64,000 bases of DNA from Azolla caroliniana. Taxonomy: Eukaryota; Plantae; Polypodiophyta. The notes beneath the pieces are model-generated. The model had not been told where the DNA came from, searched no databases, and saw only the letters and a program-made list of their open reading frames with translations. A program made the translations under genes and the position numbers. The stretch is taken from assembly GCA_043228905.1 (NCBI GenBank), contig JBHGNT010000001.1, forward strand, positions 28,086,001 through 28,150,000, in the 5' to 3' direction. Numbering within the stretch: the stretch's first letter is position 1; every line of letters begins with the position of its first letter. Of the stretch, positions 39,122 through 52,280 are shown one piece after another.

Positions 39122-40813
39122 GTAAGCGGCTATAATACCTTGTGGCAATATTCCTCATTTCGTCGCCATCCTCAGTGGTTGTTCCATCCTCTTGGTTGAG
39201 GTTGCGCATCACAGTTCTAACGTGCCTCGAGCCTTTGGAGCGGAAGAATTCCTTTGTGGTTTTGTCCCCTACTCGAATCCATCGCGCCATGCTGCCATGA
39301 AACTCCATGTCATATATTTCCTTTTCTGCCATGCTAAGTTCCTGTTTGGCCGTGGCGACATGTCCTGCGATCCAAATACAGGACGAGTATCTCTGTTGGA
39401 GTCGTTGTAAGGCTATTAGTCCCCGTTTTGTCCTATGTCGCATCTCCTGAGCATCCTTGCGTCTGGTCTTGACAATCTCATGTAAGAGAGTAGAGGCTCT
39501 TGTTAATTTAGTTAAAAGTTTGTCCGATGCTGATGAGCCATTGACGGGTAATGACCATTGGTTGGATAGTTGGTCCTTCACGTCTATAAGTGTGTAAATA
39601 GTGTGTGGGATGTGAGTCTGGAATGGGCCCCATTTTCGATGCAATTGAAAATGACCAACTACCGGGTAATGGTCAGAGAAAGTCGTGCCTGGAGTTATGC
39701 GACACCACCCTCCCTTCGCTTCTAGAGCCTCCTCCACAGAAATGCGGTCAATGCGAGATAGGGTGGGTCCACTATTCCGCTCGTCTGATCGGGAGAATAG
39801 GAGAGAATCCCTTTTCCGTTGGAAGTTGGCAGAATGCCAGATGTCTTGCAGGTTAAGGTGGACACATAGCTTCTCCCATTGTTTATGTTCCCTTCCTTGT
39901 AGAACTATGGGGTTGTTGTTGGAGCTATCATGAATGGATTCAATCATATTAAAATCCCCTCCAATGCACCACTCTTCCGCACTCACTACTTGTAGGCGGA
40001 TGCGGTCCCAGAATGTTGCTCTTTCTGTTCTGTTATTTGGAGCATAAACATTCATGAAGTTCCATCGTTGCCCTTGGATGGCCAACGTGCAAAAATGTGC
40101 CCTACCAGGTATACGTGATTCTTGGTGTATTAAGCATTGGGCTAGATTTTCCCGAATCAAAGTGCAAATACCACCATGATTTCCATCCTCCCCAATTGTT
40201 GGCTCCCAAATTGTTCGCCATGATCCTGGTAGAAGGTCTCTGACTTCCTTTAACTGTGTGCTATCGAGGTGGTGTTCCTGCAACATGATGATGTCAGCAC
40301 CACTCCCTAGTAAATATTCTTCAAGATCCCTTCTCAGTTTCCATCTATTTTGTTGGTCTAGTCTACTTCTGAGTCCTTGCACGTTCCATGTTATAATCTT
40401 CATACTCATGGAATGGGGTGGGAGGTTGCCAATTGTGCTTGGTGCTTTGTACAACAGGTCGTGAGTGGGGAGCACTCACCATTTAGACATCCAGTCATTT
40501 CCAGGGATGGAATAGTGGTCCACATCCATGAGTGGAGTTTGTGGGCTATCTTGTGAGCTTCAATCGCCCCTTCATGATTCTCATAGAAATAGACAAAGCT
40601 TGGAGTTAGTTGGGTGTCTATGATAGTCCACAGGTGGATGTGGCAAAGATGGGGGTCCTCTTCATCCATGGTGCACCAGAATTCAGTGTTATGCCAATGT
40701 TGCTTGAGTTCATTCATGAGCTCTTCATCTCTTATTTGTACTACAAAGCACGTTGCTTGGCTACATAACATATCTTTAATATTGGATTTAGACCAATCTT
40801 CCTGAGTCGGAAG

Positions 40814-41326
40814 TGAAGTTAAATCGTTGCCGGCCACAACCAGTTTTGCGTGTGCGGAATAATAGTCAATCTAATGAAAAGAAAACAGAAAACAGAAATT
40901 GAGAATGACACATATTTTGACGTGGAAACCCGAATTGGGAAAAAACCACGTGGAGTCCACAAACTCCGAAACAGAACACTATGAGAGAAAGGAATACAAT
41001 CAGAGATCTAAGAGGCAACGACCTCGAGATCCTGCTTCGCCAACAGGCAACTATGGAGCTCACACGCTTCCACTCACACTCGTTCACTCTCACAATTACA
41101 GAGGCAACAACCTCGTCAACAGTAACTTTACAATAACGCACTTATCTAACATGATTGCCCTAAGTACTTATATACTAATGTAACCTTTCGACTATTTTCA
41201 AACTTAGCCTTCCGTGTTGGCTATCTCCACGATTTTCGGTTTCGGCCTCGGCCTATCAGCCTCGGCCGAGTTGCTCATCAACACGATTCTTCTCACTTCC
41301 CATCCGGAGGGACCTGTTTCCTAACA
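40814..41326 (-). repeat. Copia 3' LTR (513 bp)
   Basis: Matches 45375-45841 with about 24 substitutions by hand count and an extra 46 bp at 41227-41272. Confidence 0.95.
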
Positions 41327-41340
41327 AACTCCCCCTTCAC
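41327..41340 (-). promoter_or_regulatory. Copia polypurine tract
   Basis: Minus-strand GTGAAGGGGGAG lies 2 nt before the 3' LTR and overlaps the pol stop codon. Confidence 0.88.
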
Positions 41341-44300
41341 TCCGGTATGGGATGTCTTACTAGTCTGATCCGCTTCCGACATGCATCCAGCTTGTCGGGT
41401 ATCAGTACTTTGGTCAGCATATCTGACCCATTCTCGGCCGTGTGGATCTTCCTCAGCGCGAACTCTCGATCTTCTACTCGCTCCCGGATCCAGTGATACC
41501 TACGCTGGATGTGCTTCGTCCTGGAATGGTACGCTGCGTTCTTAGTGAGGTGGATGGCACTTTGACTGTCGCAATAGAGCCGATATTCATCTTGCTGAAT
41601 ACCGAGCTCTCCGATGAAGTCCTTCATCCATAATATTTCCTTGCCGGCTTCAACAACCGCCATGTACTCCACCTCCGTGGTTGACAACGCAACCGTCTTC
41701 TGCAACCTCGACTGCCACGAAACAACTCCCCCTGCATATGTCATTACATACTCGGATGTAGACTAGCTGGTATCCACATTAGTCGGCATATCCGAATCGG
41801 TAAAACCGTCAAGTTGAGGTTTACCGGAGCCGAATCGGAGACACATATTCTAAGTGCCCTTCAAGTACCGGAGTATCCATTTGACCACGTTCCAGTGCTC
41901 CTTGCTGGGATTGCTCATAAACCGGCTCACCACTCCGACTGCGTATCCAATATCCGGTCAAGTACACACCATTGCGTACATTAAGCTCCCGACGGCAGAG
42001 GCATATGGAACCTTCATCATATCCACCTTCTCTGCTTTCATCTTCGGGCTTTGCTTACCGGATAATCTGCAGTTTGCCAGGAGTGTCGATCCGACCAGTT
42101 TCACTTCTAACATGTTGAACCGTTGAAGCACCTTTGTCACGTATTTCTCCTGTGACAACCACAATTGCTTCTTTGACCGGTCCCGGATGATGTGCATCCC
42201 CAACATCTGTCTTGCCGGGCCCAAGTCTTTCATTGCGAAAGTTCGGTTGAGAGCCTTCTTCAACATCCGTATTTTGGCTTGGTTTCATCCGACGATCAAC
42301 ATGTCATCCACGTACAGAAGGAGTATCAGGAAGTCGCCTCCTTCGAACTTCTTCACAAACACACAATGATCGGTTTTTGTTTTGTGATACCCTTGGTCGG
42401 TCATGAAGGAGTCGAACTTCCGGTACCATTGTCGGGGAGCCAGCTTCAGTCCGTACATGCTCTTCTTCAACCGGCAAACCATGTGCTCCTTCCCTTTCTC
42501 TACGAATCCTTCCGGTTGTTGCACGTAGATCTCCTCTTCGAGGTCACCGTGAAGGAATGTCGTCTTCACGTCCAGCTGCTCTACGTCGAGGTCCATGCTT
42601 GCCGCTATACTCAACACCGTTCGGATGGAAGTCATCTTTACTACCGGGGCAAATATCTCGTTGAAGTCCACGCCCTTCTTCTGTTGGAACCCCTTCACCA
42701 CGATCCTGGCTTTGTATCTCTGGGGGTTGCCGGCATCTCCCGGTTTCAACTTGTACACCCACTTGTTTCGGAGTGCACGCTTTTCTTTCGGCAACTCCAC
42801 CAATTCGTACGTATGGTTCTCATGTAGGGAATCCATCTCATCTTGCATGGCACTTAACCATTTACGGCTATGGGCGTCACTTTTAGCTTCCTCGAAGCTT
42901 TCTGGCTCCCCCTCATCGGTTAGCAACACGTGTTCTGGATCCGGAAATCTCCGAGGGACCCTTCTCTCTCTGAGAGGATATCTGCGTCCTTGGGCTTCGG
43001 TAACCGGCTCCTCCATGAACTCTTCATCTGAATCCAATTCGGGGTCTTGTCCGGTTTCGGTTTCACCTATTCCTTCTTCTTCGACCGGTTTTGTCTCCTC
43101 GCCGTCACAAGCCGGTTCATCGAGTGCTATGCCGGTTGGAACTGCATTTCATCAAATCGAAATTTTTCCTTACCGGTCGACTCAGAGTTCATTATCTTCT
43201 TCTCCGACTCCCAGTCGGCGAGCATTTTGTCCTCCATGAAGATAATATCTCGACTCCGGAATACTTTCTAGTCGATCGGGTTCCACACTCGGTAGCCGAA
43301 CTCATTGTCGTCGTAACCGAGGAATATGCATGGTCGGGTCTTTGGATCTAACTTTCCTCTCTGGTCCTTAGCTACATGCACGTACGCAAGACACCCGAAT
43401 ACCTTCAGATGCCGGTAGGACACTTCCTTACCGGTCTAGACTCTCTGCGGTGTGTCTCCGTCCAAGGGTACTGAGGGTGATCTGTTTATCACATATGTCG
43501 TCGTAGACAATGCCTCAACCCAAAACGTCTTGGGTAATTTTGTGTGCGCCAACATACTCCGAACCCTCTCCATTATGGTCTGGTTCATCCTCTCGGTTAG
43601 CCCATTTAGTTCTGACGTCTTCGGCACGGTAAATTCGAGCCGAATTCCCTTCGAGCAATAGTACTCCTCGAACTGCCCCCGATATTCTCCTCCGTTATTT
43701 GCTCGAACCGCCTTCAGCTTCCGGCCGATTTCTCTTTCCACTCTCGCGTGAAACTCTTTGAAAACGGATAGCACTTGATCCTTCGTCTTCAACGGCGTGG
43801 CCCATAGCTTCCGGTTGTGGTCATCTATGAATGTCACGAAGTACTACGATCCGGCATGTGACTTCATGTCCACTTGACACACATCAGTATGCACCAACTC
43901 CAATGGTGCATTACGTCTCATCGGTGGCCTCGATCGGAAGGAGGTCCGGTTTTGTTTACCGGCCAGACAATCAATGCACTTCTCCAAGTGCATGTTCTTC
44001 ATTGGAATGAGGTTGTCGTCTACAAGCCTCTTCATCCCCTTCTTGCTCATGTGACACAGCCTCTTGTGCCACAGCTCACCGGCAGTGTCGAATGCCACAT
44101 TCACTTCCTCCGGACATAATCGGGCATTCATCAGGTACAGAGTGTTGACTTTCCGGGCCCGAGCCACAATCAGGCTCCCTTTGTTGAACTTCATGACATC
44201 GTTCCGGATGCTACCCGTGTAGCCTTCATCATCTAACCGGCCGGCTGATATTAGGTTCAATCGAACCTCCGGAACATGTCGAACATCCTTCAACAACATA

Positions 44301-45359
44301 TTGCATCCAGTTGATGTCGTCAGCCACACATCTCCTATGCCGACAATTAGGCATGTGCCTTCATTCCCCATCTGAACACGGCCATGGTCACCGACCAAGT
44401 AGGATGAGAAGCATTTTCTATCCGGGGTCAGGTGGAATGATGCTTCGGAATCGACCACCCAGGTCATCTCGTCGCCGGCAAGGTTCAACTCACTCTCCTC
44501 AGTGATAAGCATTAGCTCCTCTTCGTTTGCCGCGATAGCCGTCATTCCTTTCCGATCCTACCCTCGCCGATACGAACCATTTCGGTCCGATGACTTCTTC
44601 GAATCGGTATTGTCGATTTCCTTGTCTTTCCAAAAATGCCGATAGTTCTTCTAGAAGTGCCCCGGCTTCCCACAATAGAAGCAAGTAGGCTTCCCTCTTG
44701 ACTTTGATCGTATCCCCGATTTTTCCTGATTCTGGGGACTCCGGTTCCTTTGTCTTCCACGTTCCGATTCGGAAAGGAACGCTTTTGAGTCGGGGATCGG
44801 TTCCTTGTCTTCACCATCTGCAAAGACAAGTTCTCTTCTTGGCAGGAGGTGTTGAGAGTAACCACCAAGTTCTCCTAGCTTTCCGGCAACGTACACATCA
44901 GCATGATTGCCTGCATCGCATCATCCAAAGGGAACTTGATTGCTGCAAGTTGATTTACATACCCCATGAATGTGCTTACATGTTCAACCATGCTCTCGTC
45001 GTCTCTGTATTTCAGGTTTACTATTTTCCTCATCAATGAGGTTTTGTTGAGCACATTCTTCCTCTCATAAAGACCCGACAACTTCTACCACATCTCGTGG
45101 GCATTCGTGTCGTTTGCCACGTGCTGAAGGACAGTTACGTCGACACACTGTCGGATAGTGGCCACGGGTTTCCTATTCAGAAGCTTCCAATCCGACTCCA
45201 ATACCCCCTTTGGTATTTCCGATCTGTCGATTGGCTCGTATAGGTCTTTTACAATAAGAAGATATTCCATCTTAATCTTCCAGTCTGCATAGTTCTGTGA
45301 ATTTAGAACCATCATCCCTGGGAAACCGCTCCCGCCTCCTTCCATTTTCTATGTTGCTC

Positions 45360-45371
45360 GCTCTGATACCA
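45360..45371 (-). promoter_or_regulatory. Copia primer-binding site (initiator tRNA-Met)
   Basis: TGGTATCAGAGC on the minus strand, 3 nt after the 5' LTR. Confidence 0.93.
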
Positions 45372-45374
45372 GTT

Positions 45375-45841
45375 TGAAGTTAAATCATTGCCGGCCACAA
45401 CCGGTTTTGCGTGTGCGAAATAATAGTCAATCTAATGAAAAGAAAACAGAATACAGAAACTGAGAATGACACAGATTTTGATGTGGAAACCCGAACTGGG
45501 AAAAAACCACATGGAGTCCACAAACTTTGAAACATAACACTATGAGAGAAAGGAATACAATCAGAGATCTCAGAGGCAACGACCTCGAGATCCTGCTTCC
45601 CCAACAGGCGGCTATGGAGCTCACACGCTTCCACTCACACTCGTTCACTCTCACAGTTACCAAGGCAACAACCTCGTCAACAGTAACTTTACAATAACGC
45701 ACTTATGTAACATGATTGCCCTAAGTACTTATATACTAATGTAACCTTTCGACTATTTACAAACTTAGTCTTCCGTGTTGGCTATCTGCTCATCAACACG
45801 GTTCTTCTCACTTCCCATCCGGAGGGACCCGTTTCCTAACA
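45375..45841 (-). repeat. Copia 5' LTR (467 bp)
   Basis: TG..CA termini, adjacent PBS, and TATATAAG on the minus strand near 45728-45735. Confidence 0.95.
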
Positions 45842-47321
45842 GGAAGCAAGAGTGGAAAGGAGATTGAGGTCGTCGGAACTCCGTTATTGTGCACCGCTGA
45901 TACATGTACCCTTATTTTTTCCACTGTCTTGAGCCCTATACCTAGCCATTTCAAGGCATTTTGTGGGTGTGGTTCAAGGTCTTGGCTAGGGGAAGCACAC
46001 TCATTTGTGTCCGGGACGACTATGATTTGAGGTGTGACATTCACACTTCTGCCTTGGTTTGTTGCTTCTGCATTGGGTGTTGTTCCACTCAAGCTCCTTA
46101 TTAGGGTATTTACATGACTTATTCGTCTGTGTTTCCCTGTTTTGTAAGCTTTAACAAGAACTTTCTCTTGTGTGCTTGGTGTCACCTTAGGTCGTTCCTT
46201 GGGGCTCAAGAAAGAACTAGGGGAATGCTCATCTGTGGGGGGGAGCTCTTGTAGTAGATCAAAGCGATTGGGGCTCATAGGCGATGGAGGATAAAAACCC
46301 TCTGAGATTATGCACAATCTTTGTCCAAATTCCCGAAATTATTTGGGCAAGTCATTCACTCACATTTTGAAATAGCTTCAAGCATCGAGCCTTCCAAATA
46401 CACCAAATTGTAATACTACTTACCAATTTCCATATTTGAGGTTTATCAGTTTATATTCGTGGATTCAAAGTGATCAAATTTTTTTCCATCAAACCATGTC
46501 TCATCACAATAGCATCTGCAACCTCCTCCTGTTCATATACCATAGGTTTATCATGTACCGCTGCCCATAATACTGCACCCCATGTATACACTATTGTAGG
46601 ATATACTGGAGTTAATAATTTTATGATTTGTTTCCATATGTCCAGAGCAAAACCACAACTCCACAAACAATGTTTAGTAGTCTCTATTACATCTGTACAG
46701 AAAGGGCACATCTTGTCTACATTTCCTTTTCGCCACCCATTAACTGGTATAGCATTATGAACCAACAACCATAAAAAACAAACAATTTTCCTACTCATCT
46801 TTATACCCCATAGCCATTTCCAAATTTGTTTGATATATTGATTATGTAGTCAAGAAGGATATAATTTATCTTATATGATTATGTTAAGGAACAAGTATGT
46901 ACAATGTACTTAACCCTTCATAAGTATTTATTATTACAATTAATCAATGAAACGTTTGTGTCATGAAATGGAATTGCCAACAAATGGACAATCTAACTAT
47001 CCATAAGCATGTTCACGGCGTGCCCGAAGTACATGTGTTTGAATGATGTTACATTATGTCTCTCTTAAAAATTTGTTTTGAAGACTATCACATTAAAACA
47101 TTGTTGGGAGCTATATAGTCGATTGAGATCACCATCAAGTTAAAAAAAATGTAGTTAACATTGATGATCATGATCATGATCATGAAAGTCGAAGACGTAA
47201 TTTTTTTTGTTGCTAGAAGAAGTTCAAGACTCATCCCTAACGTGCACCATTCAAGCTATTTAAATATTTATAATCACTGTGTACCTTAGGATTATAACTA
47301 TTTGAGATTATGTTCTCTAAT

Positions 47322-48586
47322 TTAGACGTTAATATCAACTTTTATATCCATGTTTGTCTTTTCTTCATCAAAAAATTTTATGACATGCTTTGATGATAGG
47401 CTTCGATAAGGGCATGGAAAGGCTATAAAACGAGGAAATGTTTCTCCAGCTATGAGCACGATAGGTGGATAAGAAATCTGCATAATAAACAAAGCCAAAA
47501 AATTAATTGTAGGTTGTGATTTTGGATGGTGTTGCTATAGAAGAAATATGTTGTGTTGTACTAATGTTTACATACTCAAATTTGATAAAAAGCTGTAGAA
47601 TGCATATGTTAACTTTATGAAGAACACCATGGAGGATGGAAAGAATAAATTCAAAAAAGTTGATGACAAAAACGGAGAGAAATGAAGAAAATAATAATCT
47701 TTGGAACTTTGGAAAAAGGAAACATGAAAGAGACATGTAACATGACATTATTTACAAATTTAGTTGCTTGATATAAATTACAAAACATCCTCACTATATT
47801 GTTGCTCAATTCATTTTTTTCGAAACTTCCATTTACACAAACCCAAATTATAACAAGAGTGAGATTGATAAGGAACTCGATATGGGACCAACAACTAGAG
47901 TTTGAATATCGACATCACGTATGAAAAAATCCCAAAGAAAGAGGGAATTGAGATCAAAACAAATGCAAATCATCAAAATGATTAAAAACAAAAGAGAGGT
48001 GCAATTATGAGTGCAATTAAGAGCATAATCAAGGATGCAACAAAGAGTCAAGGGAGAAATCAAAATGATTTGATTATGGATGCAACTAAAGGCACAATTG
48101 GACTCGTAAATAATTGATTACCGGATGGAGGCTATTGAGGACTCGACAATGATGATCAATTGAAATAAAGGAATTGATCTCTCTATAGTGGGGGGAATGT
48201 TGATGATGGGTTGGGTTTGTGGCACTCAATCTTTGGACAAATACTTGAGTAGTGTTATCATGTGAAGCATCGGTCTCATATGGCTTCTTCAACTTCAACC
48301 AATGGAAGAACAAGGAGTAAACCATACCAACAAACAAGATGCCAATCACGATGAGGCTTGTGCCCAATGGGAGGGTGTCATGTGGCATTGTGCTAGATGA
48401 TGTCTGTGAAAAAGAAGATGGAGATGGAGATGGAGATGATGAACCCAACAAGTCTAAAGTTACTGCTTCATTTGGATACGGAGTTTCTTCACTTATGTAT
48501 AAAAGTCCCCACATGATAGTTATAAGATCATTTGACGTTGTTGTCTCCACAGGCTTAATTGGACGGTCTATTGTCTTTTGTTGCAT
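47322..48586 (-). CDS. At5g65660-like uncharacterised single-pass membrane protein, up to 206 aa
   Basis: Exon 1 48122-48586 (start ATG uncertain; alternatives 48514 and 48388) contains LPLGTSLIVIGILFVGMVYSLFFHWLKLK. A phase-0 intron leads to exon 2, 47322-47477, with VLIAGETFPRFIAFPCP. These match the family motifs FPLGTAL...HWDK and VLMPGD..PKFIA.PCP. Confidence 0.8.
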
Positions 48587-50011
48587 AACACACACACATA
48601 CCCACAAATCCCTATGATTCCCAATCTCCTCTCAAAATCATCTCTCATACCTTTGATCCTCATCTAAGAATATGAAATATGAAATATTGGTTGATTCTCT
48701 TCATTAGGTGCATATTAAATCTTAAAAAGGGCTTCTAAGAATTAATTAACTTTGGATAAAGAACAACATTTACTCACTCCCTCTAATTCTCCTCCCCCTC
48801 TCTCTAGTTTGATTCCTCACTTGTGCACCATGTAACTTGACCCTTCATTCAACCCTCGACTATATGCCGATGTATCAACTCATTGTCCCTCTCTTCCTCT
48901 ATATAAGTTGGACCTATAAATTAATACGACAGAGATATGTATGAATCTTTTGTCTACGTTTTCCATCATGCCCCCACTAATTTTGAACAATTATTTTTCC
49001 CAAATCACTTTCAGACAACACCATTAGATCTCGTCATCTTTATGATTCAAACACCTTTCTTTCTAAAACCCAAAAGATTGAGAGATCCACCATCATCTAG
49101 GAGATCACATCAAGGGATTTTGCTGACGATTCCCGATCTTGCTCCTTATGTGCGGAAACTTGTTTTCACTGTCACATATCACAAAGAAAGTGTGCACAAC
49201 TGTGAAGGTGCTTATATATAAATATAATTGTCTCTCAACTTGGAAAGCTATAAATAACTTTAAAGTGTTATGAGGATATTTCCATTCCCTTGGCCTTTTG
49301 TATTGTTGACTCGTTTGAGACACATGTAGATATTCTTTTAGATGTTGTTGTGCAAATATTGGATACTTGATTTTAATATTTCCCTTTTTCGTTTGAAATA
49401 TTTATAGTGCAATTTTTTTTCTCTAGCTCAATATTTGCGCCTCAATTTACTTTGTTCTCGACTAACCTCAATCCTAGTAGGATATAATCATATAAAAATG
49501 AAATCATTTTTTGCATAAATATTATCATTTTTTTTTTCAATATATTTTAGACTTGAAAACTTTGGGAAGCACTTTGAAAGTCCATTATGCACAAATTCAA
49601 CACATGCATAATTTACAAAATGCAAAGGTTACTTTTGACTTGATGCTTTATTTCGTCATCAAATCCTTTTATGACCACATATAAAACATAATAAATTACA
49701 AATGCATGGGACAAGAAACCAACATTGAGGTGGATTCTTGTTCAAGTAGATCTTTTTATTTGTTACCTTACCAAATAAAACTTCGTTTCTATTCAAATTT
49801 TAATTGTGATCACTTACTTATTGTCATATACATATTCTCCATTATGTCCAATAAAGTCCATAAAGGATGTTCACCCATTATTCACTATTGTGGTAACCTC
49901 CAATGGTTGCAAATCTTATCTTCTTTAATTAGTAAATTGTGATTTTGATGGTCTACCATATTTAAGTTTTTGTTATGGACCGGAGCCATGGATGTGATGA
50001 AGCGCGGCAAG

Positions 50012-50014
<3 letters not shown>

Positions 50015-50064
<50 letters not shown>
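50015..50064. repeat. (AG)n microsatellite
   Basis: About 25 units, directly visible. Confidence 0.95.
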
Positions 50065-50069
<5 letters not shown>

Positions 50070-52280
50070 AGATGTTGGATTAATGAAGAATCTCCTTTTT
50101 CTAACAATGTGTAACTTTTCATATGCATCTTCAGACATTTCCTTTCATCCATCATAATGAGAATGAAAGGATACATAGAGCATTAATTGATGAGAATGTG
50201 AGGAGCACTATAGAATTAAATAAATGGACTCATTGATTACATGGTGGAATCGATGCATTAAAGGTCACACTAAGTACTTGCTAAATATAATAACAATGGC
50301 AAAAGTATTGGTTAACTTAGTTACTTTGACAATAAATTCGTACCTTTGTGGGATACCTTCCTAGAAGTACATGAACAAGATATTATCCGTCCAATCGACG
50401 TCTATGAGAGCGTAAATACAAAAACTCGAGGAAATTGAAATTTGAGACAATGCACCGTTATGTGTTATGCAAATAAATCTAAGTATTGTAGGAGAAGGAG
50501 GTGAAAATTGGAATGGTGAGGTTGCATTCAATACCTCTCCTTTCACTATATGTACTACCATACTTTTTTACGGTCTTCTAAATGGTATATATAAGTGGAA
50601 TCCTCATTGATAAGTTGATAACAATAATGAGACAGACATACCTTTTTTAGCTGTACCATTTGTAGCTTCATTTACCTCTCCATTTGAGTATTAAATGCTC
50701 ATTCCCCTACCTTAAGAACTAATTAGGTGTTAAGTGAATAGATAGAGAATTATAATAGGCTTAATTGCTAGATCTACTTTAATCTCTCCTCACTATGAAT
50801 TAACTCATGTGTTGACTGACATCTTGTTAAGATAGAGGCTTATTGTGAGCTTAAGATTATAATCTTCAGCTCACTCTCCCCACGCTTGTCTTCATCCACT
50901 ACTAACCACACTTTTGAGTCACATTGTTGACTTGTATTACTCTCATCCACTCTTAATGAGTTTATGTTTATTGTTATATATCTCCGAGTAATTAAGAATG
51001 AATCAAGTATTATATACTATTATTCGTCAATGAAGTTTTTATTGTGATATGTCATTCGATTAACTAAGTGTTAAACATTCTTCACTTTCTATCATCATTT
51101 TGTCTTTAGATTGTTTGACCTATGTTACTCCAATCTTAGTATGGACATCTATCAAAGGCATACATTGAAGCAACATAAAATGTTCGTAAATTCACATAAG
51201 TTTTCATAGCACTAAGCGAAAATACAAAAGAAATATAAGAATGTTCTTGATGGATTTTGCACCCACTCTATTTGTATAGAGTTGACATACTTTTCTCATG
51301 TGTATTTGAAACCCATCCTTGTGTTCTTATGTGGGAAGAAGTTTTTCTTAATTCACATTGACCCACACTAGAAATACAATGACACGACGTAAATTGCACT
51401 CAATTTTATGTTCCTATACACATGCTCTCCTCTAGTTTAGTAGATCCCCATACTCAAATAAAATATTCAACGTAGACATGCTTCCATATCTTGTGGCTCT
51501 TTTGATTGTAGGTCATTGTAACTCTTCCCAATGGGGTCAAATGTAGTTGCGGTTCAATGCCTATGCACGATAAATTTCCTTCTTGTCAATCAAGGATGGA
51601 ACCAATGGATGTTCCATGGTAAGCTATAATGTGGATTTATGGCACAATGTGCGCTTGACTCCAAATTAGAAGGCTGCATATATTTAATTCACGTCAGGTT
51701 CACTTCGTTCTTTTTCTTGAACATCAAGGGTTGCTACTCACTTCCTCATGTATTACGTGAAATGTGATATTTTTGGTCTCATAGGTTATATTTGATTAAA
51801 AAAGATACACATCAATCCATCCATCTCTCTAGGTTTGTCCCCATACCATAGATTGCAAGAGATCACTTGTTGATGTTATCTATCTATTTCTTCTACAAGC
51901 ACAATTATGGAGGTCCTAAAGAGGATGACTCCCACACATTATTATGACATCTCTCTCCACATCTATTAAGGCTTCACCACAACAAGCTCCACTATCCTTA
52001 TCGGGACTTGTACCATAGTTCCATTAGTATGGGAATGGTGAAGCTAGTATTATCACTCTCAAAATGAGCACCTAAGGCATCCACTCATTTCCTTTTTGGG
52101 ATCGCCTTTGAAAACTTCATCATTCTAGGGTATTACAATTACAACCTCCCCTTGTATTGCCTATGGTGCTCCTTGTACACATTTTAACACATCATGCCAC
52201 ATTATAAGGCTCAATTTTAAGACTTCCTTGACACTTAGTTCTATTGGCTTGGCCAAGATGTGTTCTAAATCTTTTTTTTC

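Larger units (their letters stand above)
40814..45841 (-). mobile_element. Full-length Ty1/Copia LTR retrotransposon (Tnt1/Tto1-like) with defective gag-pol
   Basis: Two TG..CA LTRs and a 5-bp TSD GGAAG (40809-40813, 45842-45846). gag-pol spans 45345-41337: NYADWK, CFYCGKPGH, WVVDSEASFH, WHKRLCH/CIDC, integrase NGGEY, RT LLYVDDMLI and RNaseH RTKHI, in Copia order. Confidence 0.97.
34770..46292 (-). mobile_element. L1 (L1-B, same family as L1-A), 5'-truncated in ORF1, inserted in L1-C and interrupted by a Copia and a solo LTR
   Basis: 17-bp TSD AAAAACCCTCTGAGATT at 34753-34769 and 46293-46309. ORF1 pieces at 45842-46292 and 40406-40813, APE ORF 39105-40409, RT 36837-37763, then C-terminal pieces and an A-tail at 34770-34787. 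Confidence 0.95.
33971..46829 (-). mobile_element. Old 5'-truncated L1 (L1-C, about 0.8 kb of own sequence) hosting the nested cluster
   Basis: 14-bp TSD TTGATATATTGATT at 33957-33970 and 46830-46843. The ORF2 C-terminus (CPFC..ETTKHCLWSC; IWKARC; IVHNLRGF|LDSIKG; FYSTPKYL|FKP) reads through once the inserts are removed. 3' motif and A-tail at 33971-34003. Confidence 0.9.

Noticed and set aside
42192-43239. 211-aa and 214-aa plus-strand ORFs
   Set aside because: Antisense shadows of Copia RT.
45360-45371. tRNA gene
   Set aside because: Only a 12-nt primer-binding complement, with no cloverleaf or A/B boxes.
40866-45702. Duplicated 91-aa ORF MRYCKVTVDE... (40866-41141 and 45427-45702)
   Set aside because: It is duplicated only because it lies in the two LTRs; no evidence of an env-like or host gene.
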